A DNA stretch of 64,000 bases from Candidatus Binataceae bacterium (GCA_035650475.1 DASRHP010000009.1:174545-238544), one strand, 5' to 3'; shown: positions 41,403 through 55,342, counted from the first letter of the stretch. Notes: generated from the sequence alone by a model not told the origin. Translations and numbers: made by a program.

Positions 41403-41477
41403 CGCGGCGCTGCGAACGCTTGCGGGGCTGTACAGCGCCTTCTACTAATTGAGTGAGGCGACGCAGGAGCGGCCACG

Positions 41478-42248
41478 ATGCTCAAGGGAATCGACCATGT
41501 GGTGATCGCAGTTGCGGACCTGGAGCGTGCGGTCGCAGGTTTCAGCGAGCTCGGCTTCACCGTCGTCCGCGGCGGGCGCCATCCGGCCCTCGCCACCCAC
41601 AACGCTCTGATCGCGTTCGCCGACGGCGCTTACTTCGAACTCATCGCCTTCCAGGCCGAATACTCGCCCCATCCATGGTTCAACGCGGTGCGCCGCGGCG
41701 GCGGGCTTACCGACTTCTGTATGCAGACCGACGACCTTGATGCGGATGTCGCAGCGTTGCGGCGCGCGGGGGCGCATATCGGCGAGCCGTTGGCGATGGA
41801 GCGCGAGCGGCCCGACGGCTACACGCTCAAGTGGGTACTGGCCGTCGCGCAGCCGCCGAGCGCCGGAAGCGTCCCGTTTCTGATCCGCGATCTCACGCCG
41901 CGCGACGAGCGCGTGCCGCGCGCGCGCAGTCATCTCAACGGTGCGGCCGCGATCCGCACGCTTACCGTCGCCGTCCGCGATGCGCGCGCCGCCGGCGCCT
42001 TCTACGCGAGCGTGCTCGGTACCCGGCACAGAGCGATTCGTCGCGACGACCTCGGCGCGGCCGGCGTGAGCGTCGCCGCCGGACCACACGAGCTGCAGTT
42101 GGTCGAGCCGGCTACCGGGCATGGGATCGTCGCACGATGGATTCGCGGCCGCGGGCCGTCGCCTGTCGAGGTCACGCTGCGCGGACGTTCGCCGCGCCCG
42201 ACCCTCCTTGACCCGGCGCGGGCGCAGGGCGCCCGGATCCGGCTCTAG
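41478..42248 (+). CDS. VOC (glyoxalase/bleomycin-resistance/dioxygenase) family protein
   Basis: MLKGIDHVVIAVADLERAVAGF VOC N-terminus. Confidence 0.75.
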   Translation: MLKGIDHVVIAVADLERAVAGFSELGFTVVRGGRHPALATHNALIAFADGAYFELIAFQAEYSPHPWFNAVRRGGGLTDFCMQTDDLDADVAALRRAGAHIGEPLAMERERPDGYTLKWVLAVAQPPSAGSVPFLIRDLTPRDERVPRARSHLNGAAAIRTLTVAVRDARAAGAFYASVLGTRHRAIRRDDLGAAGVSVAAGPHELQLVEPATGHGIVARWIRGRGPSPVEVTLRGRSPRPTLLDPARAQGARIRL

Positions 42249-42262
42249 CGCGGCGCTCCGCG

Positions 42263-43684
42263 ATGGCCTCAACGCCTGCAATTCCGCGCGTGCTCCTCGC
42301 CGCCACCGGCAGCGGCGCGGGCAAGACTACGGCGGTCATCGCGCTTATCGGGGCGCTGCGCGCGCGCGGGATGCGGGTGGCGGCGTTCAAGTGCGGCCCC
42401 GATTATCTCGATCCGACCTACCATCGCCGCGCCGCCGGCGCGCCCTCGCACAACCTCGACGGTTGGATGATGGGGCGCGAGGCGGTCCTCAGCACCTTTG
42501 CGCGTGCCGCCGACGGCGCCGACATCGCCGTGATCGAGGGCATGATGGGGCTGTTCGACGGCGTCGCGCCCGAGCGCGACGAAGGCTCGACGGCGGAAAT
42601 CGCCAAATGGCTCGACGCGCCGGTGCTGCTGGTCGTGGACGCGTCGGGGATGGCGCGCACGGTGGCGGCGCTCGCCGCCGGCTTCAAACGCTTCGATCCG
42701 CGGCTCAACCTGGCGGGCCTGCTCTGCAACCGCGTCGGCGGTCGCGGCCATCTGGATCTCCTGCGCACGGCGTCAGCCGAGCTGCCGGTGTTGGGCGGCT
42801 TTCCGGCCGAGCCCCGCGCGGCGTTTCCCGAGCGCCATCTCGGACTGCTCAGCGCCGACGACAAGTCGGTTGCGCCGGCGCTGTTCGCGGCGTGGACGGT
42901 GCTTGCCGCCGAGTGGCTCGATCTCGACGCGATCGTCGAGCTCGCGCGCGCCGCGCCGCCGCTTGCGGCCGGCGCGGAGGAGTTATGGCCCCGGCGCGGC
43001 GCCGACGCCCCGCGATGCCGGATCGGCGTGGCCCACGATGCCGCGTTCCATTTCTACTATGAGGACAATCTGCGACGGCTCGAGCTTGCGGGCGCGGAGC
43101 TGGTGCGCTTTGCGCCCACGCGCGATCGCGAGCTGCCGCAAGTCGACGGACTTTACTTCGGCGGCGGCTATCCGGAAGCCTGTGCGCGCGAGCTTTCCGG
43201 CAATCAGGCGATGCTCGACGCGGTGCGCGGCTTTGTGCGGCGCGGCGGGCCAATCTACGCCGAGTGCGGCGGCCTGATGTACCTGGCCGACGCGATCCGC
43301 ACGCTCGACGGCCGACGCTGGCCGATGGCGGGAATCGTCGGCGGCGAGGCCGTGATGGCGGATAGACTCCAGGCGCTGGGCTATGTCGAGGTCGAAACGC
43401 GCGCGGATTCGATCGTCGGACCGGCCGGGATGCGCCTGCGGGGCCATCAGTTCCGTTACTCCACACTTAAGCCAGCCCCGCCGGCGAGGTTCGCGCGCGT
43501 GTACTCGGTGAGCCCGCGATGGGGCGGCGCGACGTTCGACGAAGGCTACCGCACGGGCGGCGTGCTCGCCTCTTACGTGCATGTGCATTGGGCGTCGAAT
43601 CCGCAGGCGGCCGGGCATTTCGTCGATTCCTGCGCGCGCTGGCGTGCGAATCGGATGGGCGAGCACGGAGGCCTGCCCCGCTGA
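42263..43684 (+). CDS. cbiA: cobyrinate a,c-diamide synthase
   Basis: GSGAGKTT P-loop and a C-terminal glutamine amidotransferase-like domain. Confidence 0.85.
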   Translation: MASTPAIPRVLLAATGSGAGKTTAVIALIGALRARGMRVAAFKCGPDYLDPTYHRRAAGAPSHNLDGWMMGREAVLSTFARAADGADIAVIEGMMGLFDGVAPERDEGSTAEIAKWLDAPVLLVVDASGMARTVAALAAGFKRFDPRLNLAGLLCNRVGGRGHLDLLRTASAELPVLGGFPAEPRAAFPERHLGLLSADDKSVAPALFAAWTVLAAEWLDLDAIVELARAAPPLAAGAEELWPRRGADAPRCRIGVAHDAAFHFYYEDNLRRLELAGAELVRFAPTRDRELPQVDGLYFGGGYPEACARELSGNQAMLDAVRGFVRRGGPIYAECGGLMYLADAIRTLDGRRWPMAGIVGGEAVMADRLQALGYVEVETRADSIVGPAGMRLRGHQFRYSTLKPAPPARFARVYSVSPRWGGATFDEGYRTGGVLASYVHVHWASNPQAAGHFVDSCARWRANRMGEHGGLPR

Positions 43685-43745
43685 GGCGGTGAGACGCGTC
43701 ACCGCCAGCGAGACATCGGCGGAGCGAAAACATACAATTGACGGT

Positions 43746-44588
43746 ATGAGCGACTCTCGTTCGGATGACCTCGCACGTCAGTTGGCGCACGCAGTGCCCA
43801 ATACGCTCGAAGGATGGGGCGTGCTCCATCAGATGTTCCGCGTGCGGCGCGACGCGCTCGACGCGGCGTGGCGCGCGCGAGCTGCGCGCGAAGCGGCGGA
43901 CGCGTTCGCTGCGATGGCGCGGCGCGAGGATGGCGAGAGCGCGCTGTTTTCGATCCTCGGCCACAAGGGAGACCTGCTGGCGCTCCATTTCCGCCGCTCC
44001 TTTGACGATCTCGGCCGCGCGCAGGGGGAGGTCGCGGCGCTCGGTCTGAGCGCGATGCTCGAGCAGACGTGGTCGTACGTCTCGATGGTCGAAATCGGAC
44101 TGTACGAGGCGACCGTGGCGCTCAACACGCGGCTTGCGCAGCAGGGCCTGCGGCCGCATTCGCCCGAGTGGAAAATGGCGGTCGAAGAGGAGCTCGCCGC
44201 CCAGCGCCACAAGCTCAGCGAGCGCCTGTGGCCGAAGATTCCCGCGCGCCGCTTTCTATGCTTCTACCCGATGAACAAGCGGCGCAGCGACCCCGACAAC
44301 TGGTACATGCTGCCGATCGACGAGCGCCGCCGCCTGATGCACGAGCACGGGATGATCGGCCGGCGCTACGCCGGTCAGGTAACGCAGATCATCTCGGGCT
44401 CGATCGGCTTTGACGACTGGGAATGGGGCGTCGACCTGTTTGCCGACGACCCGCTGGTATTCAAGAAGCTGGTGTACGAGATGCGCTTCGACGAATCGAG
44501 CGCGCGCTACGCCGAGTTCGGCCCCTTCGTCGTCGCGATCCGCCTGGGCCCCGACGAACTGCCGAAGTTCATTCTCGACCGTTCCTGA
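43746..44588 (+). CDS. chlorite dismutase-family heme enzyme (coproheme decarboxylase HemQ/ChdC-like)
   Basis: Cld/HemQ-family pattern (…FCFYPMNKRR…WYMLP…). Confidence 0.78.
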   Translation: MSDSRSDDLARQLAHAVPNTLEGWGVLHQMFRVRRDALDAAWRARAAREAADAFAAMARREDGESALFSILGHKGDLLALHFRRSFDDLGRAQGEVAALGLSAMLEQTWSYVSMVEIGLYEATVALNTRLAQQGLRPHSPEWKMAVEEELAAQRHKLSERLWPKIPARRFLCFYPMNKRRSDPDNWYMLPIDERRRLMHEHGMIGRRYAGQVTQIISGSIGFDDWEWGVDLFADDPLVFKKLVYEMRFDESSARYAEFGPFVVAIRLGPDELPKFILDRS

Positions 44589-44612
44589 GCCGCTGAAAGT
44601 TGCGGTTGCCGG

Positions 44613-44861
44613 CTACGATTTGGAGGAGGGCGCGCCCGGCTTGAGCGCGGCGAACAGGCCTTCCACCTCGCCCTCGACCGGGAAGCGCCCGCTCCTGGCT
44701 TTGGAGAAGATGAGTTTGCCGTCAACCACGACGTCGAACTGGCCGGTCTTGCCGACCTTGATTTCGGCCTTTTCGCCGAAGCGTTTGCTGAGCGAGGCGG
44801 CCAGACTGGCCGCGCGCGACTTGTAGCCTCAGGCGGAGCAGTAGAAGATCTCGATAGCCAT
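44613..44861 (-). CDS. SelW/SelT/Rdx-family selenoprotein candidate, with an in-frame TGA (Sec) at codon 11 in a CxxU motif
   Basis: Manual minus-strand translation: MAIEIFYCSA-U-GYKSRAASLAASLSKRFGEKAEIKVGKTGQFDVVVDGKLIFSKARSGRFPVEGEVEGLFAALKPGAPSSKS*; TGA at 44829-44831; hairpin GCGGCC-AGUCU-GGCCGC sits 16 nt downstream of the UGA. Confidence 0.6.
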
Positions 44862-44873
44862 AAGCTCAGGCTA

Positions 44874-45437
44874 TCACTTGCTCTCCGGCAGATCGACGAA
44901 GACTGCCGCCGCCACCACCGAGGTCCACAGCCCGTCGCGGTCGCCGATCGCCGACTGGGTCACGTTGCGGGTGGTGACGATCTTGTCCGACACCCGCCAG
45001 ACGTCCTTGCGCTCGTCGTAGCTGGCGTTGGGGTCGAAGTCCACCCCGAGAATCGTCGCCAGCATCATCGCGGCGAGATCCTCGGCGTAGTCGCCCGCCT
45101 TCTGGTCGGTTTCGCCAAAACTATGATGCTCGGAGAGGTAGCCGTAGTGGCTGGGGTTGGCCGGGATTGCGACGCCGACCGAGGCGGCGATGAGGCGATG
45201 CGGCTCGTCGGTCGCGTTATCGCTCATCACGGCGAATACGATCTGCCCCGGCGTCAGCCGCTTGAGACCCTCCTGCGGCGTGATGAGCTTGCAATAGGGC
45301 GGAAAGATCGACTTGACGCGAACGAGGTTGAACTCCGCGATGCCGGCCGAGCGCAGGGCGAGCTCGAACGAGTTCAACTTCTCGCGGTGCTTGCCTACGC
45401 CCTTGGTCAGAAACACACCTTTCGGAAAAGGCCCCAT
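44874..45437 (-). CDS. pdaD: pyruvoyl-dependent arginine decarboxylase
   Basis: PdaD-specific N-terminus [28 protein letters not shown]. Confidence 0.82.
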   Translation of the reverse strand: MGPFPKGVFLTKGVGKHREKLNSFELALRSAGIAEFNLVRVKSIFPPYCKLITPQEGLKRLTPGQIVFAVMSDNATDEPHRLIAASVGVAIPANPSHYGYLSEHHSFGETDQKAGDYAEDLAAMMLATILGVDFDPNASYDERKDVWRVSDKIVTTRNVTQSAIGDRDGLWTSVVAAAVFVDLPESK

Positions 45438-45621
45438 CGCATCTCTCCCGCTTGGACTCCTCCCGGCGTGTCGGGTCGGGGATCAACCGTCAACCTTAGC
45501 AGGAGCCGCCCGCGTGTTACATGGGGGGCGGCGGCTCGCCGCAAGATTTTGACGACGACAGTTAACGATCGCCTAGCGGGCGGTGGGGGTGCCAAAGCAG
45601 CGGGGCCGTTCTCGAACAGCC

Positions 45622-47289
45622 CTACAGCACGTTGACTGGCCGGTATTCGCCGAACACCCGCCGCATCGCGTCCGAGATCTCGCCCAGGGTCGCCCGCTTG
45701 CGCACCGCGTCGATAATCGGCGGCATCAGGTTGCTGCCGTCGCGCGCCGCCCTCTCGACCTTCCCGAGCGCCGCGCGTGCGGCTTCCGCGTCGCGCTCGG
45801 CACGCAGGCGAGCCAGGCGTTCGCGCTGACGCTCCTCGAGCTGCGGGTTGAGGCGGAGAATATCGGTCGGAGGTTCTTCCTCGGCGGTGAATTGGTTGAC
45901 GCCGACGATGATGCGCTGTTTGGTTTCGATTTCGCGCTGGTAGGCGTAGGCCGCCGACTGGATCTCGCGCTGCATGTAGCCGCGCTCGATCGCAGCCACC
46001 GCGCCGCCGAGGTCGTCGATACGGCCCAGGTATTCCGTAGCCTTGGTCTCGAGCTCGCGCGTGAGGGTCTCGAGGAAGTAGGAGCCGCCCAGCGGATCGA
46101 CCGTATCGGCGACGTCGGACTCGTGCGCGATGATCTGCTGGGTGCGCAGCGCGAGCAGGGCCGAGTTCTCAGTCGGCAATGCCAGCGCCTCGTCGCGCGA
46201 GTTGGTGTGGAGCGACTGCGCGCCGCCGAGGACCGCGGCCAGCGCCTGGAGCGTAACCCGCACCACGTTGTTGTCCACCTGCTGCGCCGTCAGCGTCGAG
46301 CCCGCGGTCTGCGCATGGAAGCGCATCATCATCGAGCGCTCGTCGGTGGCGCCGAAGCGCTCTTTCATGATCCGCGCCCACAGCCGGCGCGCTGCGCGGA
46401 ACTTGGCGATCTCCTCGAAGAAGCCGTTGTGGACGTTGAAGAAGAACGACAGCCGGCTGGCGAAGGCGTCCACCTTGAGCCCCGCCTTGATCGCCGCTTC
46501 GACGTAGGCGATGCCGTCGGCGAGGGTGAAGGCGAGCTCCTGGGCGGCGGTCGAGCCGGCCTCGCGGATGTGGTAGCCGGAGATCGAGATCGTGTTCCAG
46601 TTGGGGACTTCGCTGGTCGCGAACTCGAAGATGTCGGTGATAATCCGCATCGAGTCGCGCGGCGGATAGATGTAGGTCCCGCGCGCGACGTACTCCTTGA
46701 GCACGTCGTTCTGGATCGTGCCGTTGAGCTTGTCCCATCCCACCCCGCGCCGCTCGGCCACCGCCAGGTAGAGCGCAAGCAGGATCGCGGCGGTGGCGTT
46801 GATCGTCATCGAGGTCGAGATCTTTTCCAGCGGTAAGGCCTCGAGCAGGGTCTCCATGTCGTCGATCGAGCAGATCGACACGCCCACCCGCCCGACCTCG
46901 CCGCGGGCCAGCGGATGATCCGGGTCGCGGCCCATTTGGGTCGGCAGGTCGAAGGCGACCGACAGCCCGGTCTGCCCATGTTCGAAGAGATAGCGATAGC
47001 GGCGGTTGGACTCCTCCGCGGTGCCGAAGCCCGCGTACTGGCGCATCGTCCACAGCCGCCCGCGGTACATCGTCGGCTGCACGCCGCGGGTGAACGGATA
47101 CTCGCCGGCGAAGCCGAGGTCGCGCAGGTAGTCAAAATCGTCAAGATCGGTGGGGTCGTACTGGCGCTTGATCTCGATGCCCGAGGTGGTGGCGAACTTC
47201 GCGCGCCGCTCGCCGCCGCGCTTGAGCGCGGGCGCGACCTTGCGCTGCTCCCAGGCTTTGCGTGCGTCCTCGATTCCGCCGTTCGACAT
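45622..47289 (-). CDS. methylmalonyl-CoA mutase, large (catalytic) subunit without a fused B12-binding domain
   Basis: 555 aa; MCM N-terminal TIM-barrel signature (…[13 protein letters not shown]…). Confidence 0.9.
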   Translation of the reverse strand: MSNGGIEDARKAWEQRKVAPALKRGGERRAKFATTSGIEIKRQYDPTDLDDFDYLRDLGFAGEYPFTRGVQPTMYRGRLWTMRQYAGFGTAEESNRRYRYLFEHGQTGLSVAFDLPTQMGRDPDHPLARGEVGRVGVSICSIDDMETLLEALPLEKISTSMTINATAAILLALYLAVAERRGVGWDKLNGTIQNDVLKEYVARGTYIYPPRDSMRIITDIFEFATSEVPNWNTISISGYHIREAGSTAAQELAFTLADGIAYVEAAIKAGLKVDAFASRLSFFFNVHNGFFEEIAKFRAARRLWARIMKERFGATDERSMMMRFHAQTAGSTLTAQQVDNNVVRVTLQALAAVLGGAQSLHTNSRDEALALPTENSALLALRTQQIIAHESDVADTVDPLGGSYFLETLTRELETKATEYLGRIDDLGGAVAAIERGYMQREIQSAAYAYQREIETKQRIIVGVNQFTAEEEPPTDILRLNPQLEERQRERLARLRAERDAEAARAALGKVERAARDGSNLMPPIIDAVRKRATLGEISDAMRRVFGEYRPVNVL

Positions 47290-47314
47290 AAGCGCCTTGG
47301 CCTCCGATCCGGCG

Positions 47315-47824
47315 CTACTCGATAATCGCCAGGATCTCGCCCTTCTCGACCGTCTGGCCCGCGGTCACCCGCACCTCTACCACCCGTCCGGCCTTGGGCG
47401 TCTTGATCTCGTTCTCCATCTTCATCGCTTCAACGGTCAAGACGCCCTCACCGACTTCGACCTGCTGGTCGGGTTTGACCAGCACGTTGACCACCCGCCC
47501 GGGCATCATCGCCTTGAGTTCGACACGGCCGCTGACCTGGCGGCCGAGACGCGCCTCCACCTGGCGTATCGCGCGCTGGCGCTCGTCAACCAGGGCGACG
47601 CGCCATGCGCCGGCGCGCGAGGCGACGATGAGCTCCTCGCCGTCAGGCGTGACGTCGAAATCGAAGGAGCGGTGGCCAATGAGGACTGAAAACGAACTTG
47701 CGCCGACGCGGCGCAGATCGACCTCGAAGCGCCGCTCGCCCATCCGGACCGCATAGGAATGGGCGCCGAGCTCTTCGAACTCGAAATCGTGCTCCGCACC
47801 CTGCATCGTCGCCAGGTATCGCAT
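47315..47824 (-). CDS. biotin carboxyl carrier protein (biotin/lipoyl attachment domain)
   Basis: EAMKMENEI biotinylation motif; 169 aa from ATG 47824. Confidence 0.8.
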   Translation of the reverse strand: MRYLATMQGAEHDFEFEELGAHSYAVRMGERRFEVDLRRVGASSFSVLIGHRSFDFDVTPDGEELIVASRAGAWRVALVDERQRAIRQVEARLGRQVSGRVELKAMMPGRVVNVLVKPDQQVEVGEGVLTVEAMKMENEIKTPKAGRVVEVRVTAGQTVEKGEILAIIE

Positions 47825-47844
47825 GGCTGCCGTCGTCCCTTTCA

Positions 47845-49371
<1,527 letters not shown>

Positions 49372-49505
49372 CGTCTATAGAAACGAGGCGCGCCGCTCCG
49401 AGGCGGAGGGGCCGCTCGTGCTCCAGTCTATCGCGTTCGCGCCGGTGCGGGCGAGGCGGTGCGGCGCCGCACGCATGCCGCCGCGGCTCGAGGTCGCGCC
49501 GCCGC

Positions 49506-51056
<1,551 letters not shown>

Positions 51057-51271
51057 CGTCAGAATTCCGCGCAAGCGAGCATGATACGGGTTGCCGCCCG
51101 CGCCGTGCAAGCGCCGCCCGCCGGCTGTGGGCGTTCGGTTTGCGCCGCTTGCCAGGCGGCAGAAGTGCGCCGCGGCGCCTTGAAATCTTTCCGCCCGAGG
51201 CTGCGGCGTACGATAATAACCCGCCCTGAGGGCTGCCGGTTAAGGAGTGCCCTGACGTGATCGACAACAGG

Positions 51272-51610
51272 ATGGCTGAGCGGATGGTGGCTTGCGGATG
51301 GGCCGCGGCGGCGGCTGCGGGGCTCTTCATGTTCGGGTGGAGCTTTTTCCAACGCGGCCCATTCATCTGGACGGGGGTAATTGCGGGCGCGATCCTGCTG
51401 GCGCTGGCTTGGGGGATGTACCGCCGCAGCCGCATCTGTGCACTGCTGGTTTTAATCAATCACGTCTCGGGCTTCACGGGACTGATGCGGCAAGGCCGGT
51501 CTGTCCCGCAAGGCGAGATCGCCGTCGCGCTTGTCCTCGGCGTGCTCTACGTGCTCGGCATCGTCGGCACGTTTGCCCATCACGCGCGCCGGCGCGAGCA
51601 ACCAGCGTAG
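51272..51610 (+). CDS. hypothetical small membrane protein
   Basis: Three predicted TM segments; start uncertain (GTG 51257 or ATG 51272). Confidence 0.4.
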   Translation: MAERMVACGWAAAAAAGLFMFGWSFFQRGPFIWTGVIAGAILLALAWGMYRRSRICALLVLINHVSGFTGLMRQGRSVPQGEIAVALVLGVLYVLGIVGTFAHHARRREQPA

Positions 51611-51619
51611 CGGCGCGGC

Positions 51620-52129
51620 TCAGTCGGCGGCGCGCGGCTCGAAGCCGACGAAGCGCATCCGGTCGCCCACCTGTACGCGGTGGCGCGCGCAGAAGCCGCC
51701 GTTAACCTCCAGCACGTACTGCGCGTCGGCGTCGGGGCCGACCGATTGCTTGGAGTAGGGTTCGGCGTTGGCGACGATCCCGACGATCTTCCCCGCAGGG
51801 TCGGCGAAGATCATGTCGAGCGGAATCTCGGTGTTCTTCATCCAAAAGCGCAAGCGGCCGGCGGTGGGAAAGACGAACAGCATCCCGGCATCCTCGTCCA
51901 TGTGATTGCGGTACATCAGTCCCAGCTCGCGTTTGGCAGGAGTCAGCGCCAGCTCGACCCGCAACGCCGCGCGCCGGGCGCCGTCGGGAGCGTCGATCAC
52001 CGTTTGGGGATCGCGTGCGCATCCGGCTATCACGGCGGCCATCACGAGCGCAGCGAGCGCGCGCACGACCGGCGCGCGCGGAAGGGCAGTGCGCGCGTCT
52101 TCGGCCATCGGCGGGGCGGCGTCAGCCAA
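51620..52129 (-). CDS. DUF192-domain protein (lipoprotein-like N-terminus)
   Basis: LFVFPTAGRLRFWMKNTEIPLDMIFAD DUF192 core; IAGC lipobox. Confidence 0.7.
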   Translation of the reverse strand: MADAAPPMAEDARTALPRAPVVRALAALVMAAVIAGCARDPQTVIDAPDGARRAALRVELALTPAKRELGLMYRNHMDEDAGMLFVFPTAGRLRFWMKNTEIPLDMIFADPAGKIVGIVANAEPYSKQSVGPDADAQYVLEVNGGFCARHRVQVGDRMRFVGFEPRAAD

Positions 52130-53327
52130 CTTCGAGCGGCAGCGAGGTCAAGCCGCGCAGGAAGAACGATCCCTTGTATCGAAGCGGCGCCTCCGGCGTC
52201 GCGGGCCGGATGCGCTTGAAGCGCTCGAGCAGCGAGCTGATCGCGATCGCGCCTTCCATCCGCGCCAGCGGCGCGCCGAGGCAGAAATGGATGCCTTCGC
52301 CGAAGGCGAGATGGTCGTTGGGCGAGCGTGCGATGTCAAAACGTTCAGGCTCGGGGAACTGCGCGGGGTCGCGGTTGGCCGCCGCCACCAGCACGAAAAT
52401 CATCGTTCCCGCTGGAATCGTCATGCCCGCGAACTCGGTGTCCTGGCGGATGTGCCGCACGGTCGATTGGACCGGGCCGTCGTAGCGCAGCATCTCCTCG
52501 ACCGCCGACGCCGCCAGCCCGGGTTCGCGGCGCAGGCGTTCGAGCTCGCCCGGATGGCGCGTCAGGGCGAGCATCCCGTTGCCGATCAGATTGGTCGTGG
52601 TTTCATTGCCGGCGAGCAGCAGGATGACCACGAAGGCGATCAGTTCCTCTTCGCTCAGGGTTTCCTCGGAGTCCTCGTGCGCGGCGACCAGCACGCTGAC
52701 GAGGTCGTCGCCCGGGCTGCGCCTGCGCTTTTCGATCTCGGCGACGAAGTAGGCGCGCAGTGCGGCGAAGGCCTCGCGCACCTCCTGCGGCAGCGGCATC
52801 CCGGGTGGCGTGTTGTCGGACTCGATGACCGTGTCCGACCATCGCTTGAACATCGGGTAATGCTCGGGCGGCACCCCCAGCATGTGTGCGATCACCATCA
52901 CCGGCAGCGGATTGGCGAGGTCGGCCATCACGTCGAGTCCGCCGCGCGCGGCGGCGCGGTTGAGCAGCGAGTTGGTGAATTCGCGGATTTTCGGTTCCAG
53001 CTCGCGGATGCGCCGCGGGGTGAAGGCGCGGCTCACCAGGCGGCGCAGGCGGGTGTGGATCGGGGGGTCGGAAAAGACCACGCGCGGCGCGTTGCCGAAG
53101 ACGCTGATCCGCTCTTCGATCAGCGGACTGCGCGGCGGCACGCTGGAGAAATGCTCATGGTCGCGCAGGATCGCGCTGCAATCGGCGTAGCGCGCGACCA
53201 ACGCCATCGGCACGAACACGTTAAGCAGCCGCGGCGGCCCCTGAAACAGCGGTCGGTAGTACGGGTATGGATTGGCGCGGAACGCTTCGTCCCACGGGTT
53301 GAAGTAGATTTCGCCGGCTTCGCTCAT
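52122..53327 (-). CDS. cytochrome P450
   Basis: FGEGIHFCLGAPLAR heme-thiolate loop; EELIAFVVILLLAGNETT I-helix; ATG at MSEAGEIYFNPWDE. Confidence 0.88.
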   Translation of the reverse strand: MSEAGEIYFNPWDEAFRANPYPYYRPLFQGPPRLLNVFVPMALVARYADCSAILRDHEHFSSVPPRSPLIEERISVFGNAPRVVFSDPPIHTRLRRLVSRAFTPRRIRELEPKIREFTNSLLNRAAARGGLDVMADLANPLPVMVIAHMLGVPPEHYPMFKRWSDTVIESDNTPPGMPLPQEVREAFAALRAYFVAEIEKRRRSPGDDLVSVLVAAHEDSEETLSEEELIAFVVILLLAGNETTTNLIGNGMLALTRHPGELERLRREPGLAASAVEEMLRYDGPVQSTVRHIRQDTEFAGMTIPAGTMIFVLVAAANRDPAQFPEPERFDIARSPNDHLAFGEGIHFCLGAPLARMEGAIAISSLLERFKRIRPATPEAPLRYKGSFFLRGLTSLPLEVG

Positions 53328-53450
53328 CGCAGGGCCACCGCCTCCGCGTGTCCAGAAGGGACGTGCCCGTATGTTAGCCCGCCCGGCGGCGGCAAATACA
53401 GCGGGGAGCGCGGCGAGCCGGACCCGCTCCATGTCGCGGACGATCCGCCG

Positions 53451-54269
53451 TCAGCGGCCCATGAAACGGGGTCGGCGCTTTTCGAGGAACGCGCGCACGC
53501 CCTCGCGGTAGTCCTCGCTATCGTAGCAGCGCGAGACCAGCTCGGCGACAAGCCCGAGGTCGCGCTCGGCGGCGTCCTTGAGTCCCTCGCGGACAGCGGC
53601 CTTCGCCGCCGCCATCGTGAGCGGCGCATTGGACGCCATCCGGGTCGCGTACTCGCGCACGTAGGGCTCCAGCTCTTCCGGCCCGACAACCTTGTTGACC
53701 AAGCCCATCGCGTACGCCTCGTCGGCGTCGAAAATCCGCGCCGACATCAGGATGTCGCGCGCGTTGGCTGGCCCACAGACCTGCGCGAGCGCCATCACGC
53801 CGTCCAGCGGATAGGCAAGACCGAGCCGCGCGGCCGGGATTCCCATCTTCGTGCCGCGCGCGGCGATCCGGATGTCGCACGAGAGTGCAACCTGGACGCC
53901 GCCGCCGATGCAGATGCCGGCGATCATCGCGATTACCGGCTTGGGGCAGTTGAGCAGCGCGTTGGTGGCATTACCTGGAGCGTCGCGATAGATGCGCGCC
54001 TGCTCGGCGTTGGCGCGCAGGCTCGGAAACTCCGAGATGTCGGCGCCGGAGATGAAGGCCTCGGGGGTCGCCCCGCGCATCACGATCACGCGCACGTCAG
54101 GATCGTCCCGGAGCTCCGCCACGCCCTTGACGATGAGCTGCCAGGTGCGCAGGTTGAGCGCGTTGCGCACCTGCGGGCGGTTGATGATGAGCCAGCCGAG
54201 CGGCGCCTCGCGACGCACCAGCAGCGGCTCGGCCTCCTGTGCGTTGACGTTCACATCCTGTGTGGCCAT
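53451..54269 (-). CDS. enoyl-CoA hydratase/isomerase (crotonase) family
   Basis: 272 aa from ATG 54269; crotonase oxyanion-hole region (…FISGADISEF…GICIGGG…); the upstream part of the listed 538-aa ORF is antisense to the next gene. Confidence 0.85.
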   Translation of the reverse strand: MATQDVNVNAQEAEPLLVRREAPLGWLIINRPQVRNALNLRTWQLIVKGVAELRDDPDVRVIVMRGATPEAFISGADISEFPSLRANAEQARIYRDAPGNATNALLNCPKPVIAMIAGICIGGGVQVALSCDIRIAARGTKMGIPAARLGLAYPLDGVMALAQVCGPANARDILMSARIFDADEAYAMGLVNKVVGPEELEPYVREYATRMASNAPLTMAAAKAAVREGLKDAAERDLGLVAELVSRCYDSEDYREGVRAFLEKRRPRFMGR

Positions 54270-54307
54270 CGCTTCGACGCTCCTGGCTTTCGGTTTGCGC
54301 CTCGCGT

Positions 54308-55171
54308 TCACAACCTGGCGAGCACTTCGTTGGCGAGCTTGTCGAGCCCGCGCGTCAGGCCCTCGGCATCGAAGGCCGGCGGCGCGATTACGAGGCGCGA
54401 CACGCCGATATCCTGGAGCTGCCTGACCGTATCGAGGTTGGCGCGGCCGCCGCTGGAAAGCTCGATCGTCGCGGGGTCGCGGCCAGCCTGCTGCGCCTCC
54501 ACGCGCATGATCGCGAATAGCTCCTTGAGCTTTTCGATGTCGCCGATCGCGGGGAAGAAACCGTCGCCGAGGCGGCCGGCGCGGCGCGCGGCGGCCGGCG
54601 AGTGGCCGCCGATATGGATCGGTACGCCGCCCGATTGCGCCGGCTTCGGAAAGCTCTTCACTTCGCGGAAAGCGAAGTGTTTGCCGTGGAAGGTCGAAGT
54701 GGCGTCGCGCCACAACGTGCGCAGCGCCGCGATCGCCTCGTCGGTGCGCCTGCCGCGCTGACGGAAATCCAGGCCCAGCGCGTCGAACTCCTCCTTGAGC
54801 CAGCCGCTGCCGATGCCCAGGATCACGCGCCCGCGCGAGAGCACGTCGAGCGTGGCGACCTCCTTGGCGGTGTAGAGCGGATGGCGCTGGGGCAGGATCA
54901 GGATGCCGGTGGCGAGGCGGATGCGGCTGGTGACCGCGGCGGCGTAGGCGAGCGGAAGCAGCGGGTCGGGGATCGCAACGTCCTCGCCGCCGGGAATCTT
55001 GCCGTCGCGCGAGTACGGATAGGGGGTTTGGTAGTTGTGCGGGATGACGACGTGCTCGACCGTCCACAGCGACTCGAAGCCACGCTCCTCAGCGCTTGTG
55101 GCCAAATGGGCCAGCAGCTCGGGATTGGCGAACGGCCCCGCATTGGCGAACATCAGCCCCAGCTTCATCAT
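54308..55171 (-). CDS. LLM-class F420/flavin-dependent oxidoreductase
   Basis: Luciferase-like signature (LWTVEHVVIP…GIGSGW). Confidence 0.8.
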   Translation of the reverse strand: MMKLGLMFANAGPFANPELLAHLATSAEERGFESLWTVEHVVIPHNYQTPYPYSRDGKIPGGEDVAIPDPLLPLAYAAAVTSRIRLATGILILPQRHPLYTAKEVATLDVLSRGRVILGIGSGWLKEEFDALGLDFRQRGRRTDEAIAALRTLWRDATSTFHGKHFAFREVKSFPKPAQSGGVPIHIGGHSPAAARRAGRLGDGFFPAIGDIEKLKELFAIMRVEAQQAGRDPATIELSSGGRANLDTVRQLQDIGVSRLVIAPPAFDAEGLTRGLDKLANEVLARL

Positions 55172-55342
55172 CGGCTAGCTCCACGCCTCGCGTTGGTTTA
55201 CTGAATCCGCGGGCTTGAAGACTTGTAGCCCAGCTCGCGCGCCGAGGTAAACCGCGCGCGGCGTCGGTGCGAGGCGCCGGAGGTGCGGACGGTCGGGTTG
55301 CGAGCTTGTCCGCAGCGCGCGACAAGGTTAAGTAGAGGAGTC

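Noticed and set aside
45438-45621. Small hairpin (CGGCG-AGC-CGCCG) between the mutase gene and pdaD, considered as a terminator
   Set aside because: No U-tract follows on the transcribed (minus) strand, so it is more likely an intra-operon structure.
53451-55067. 538-aa ORF listed on the minus strand
   Set aside because: Only the C-terminal 272 aa (from ATG 54269) is crotonase-like. The upstream part is an out-of-frame read-through across the LLM gene 54308..55171.
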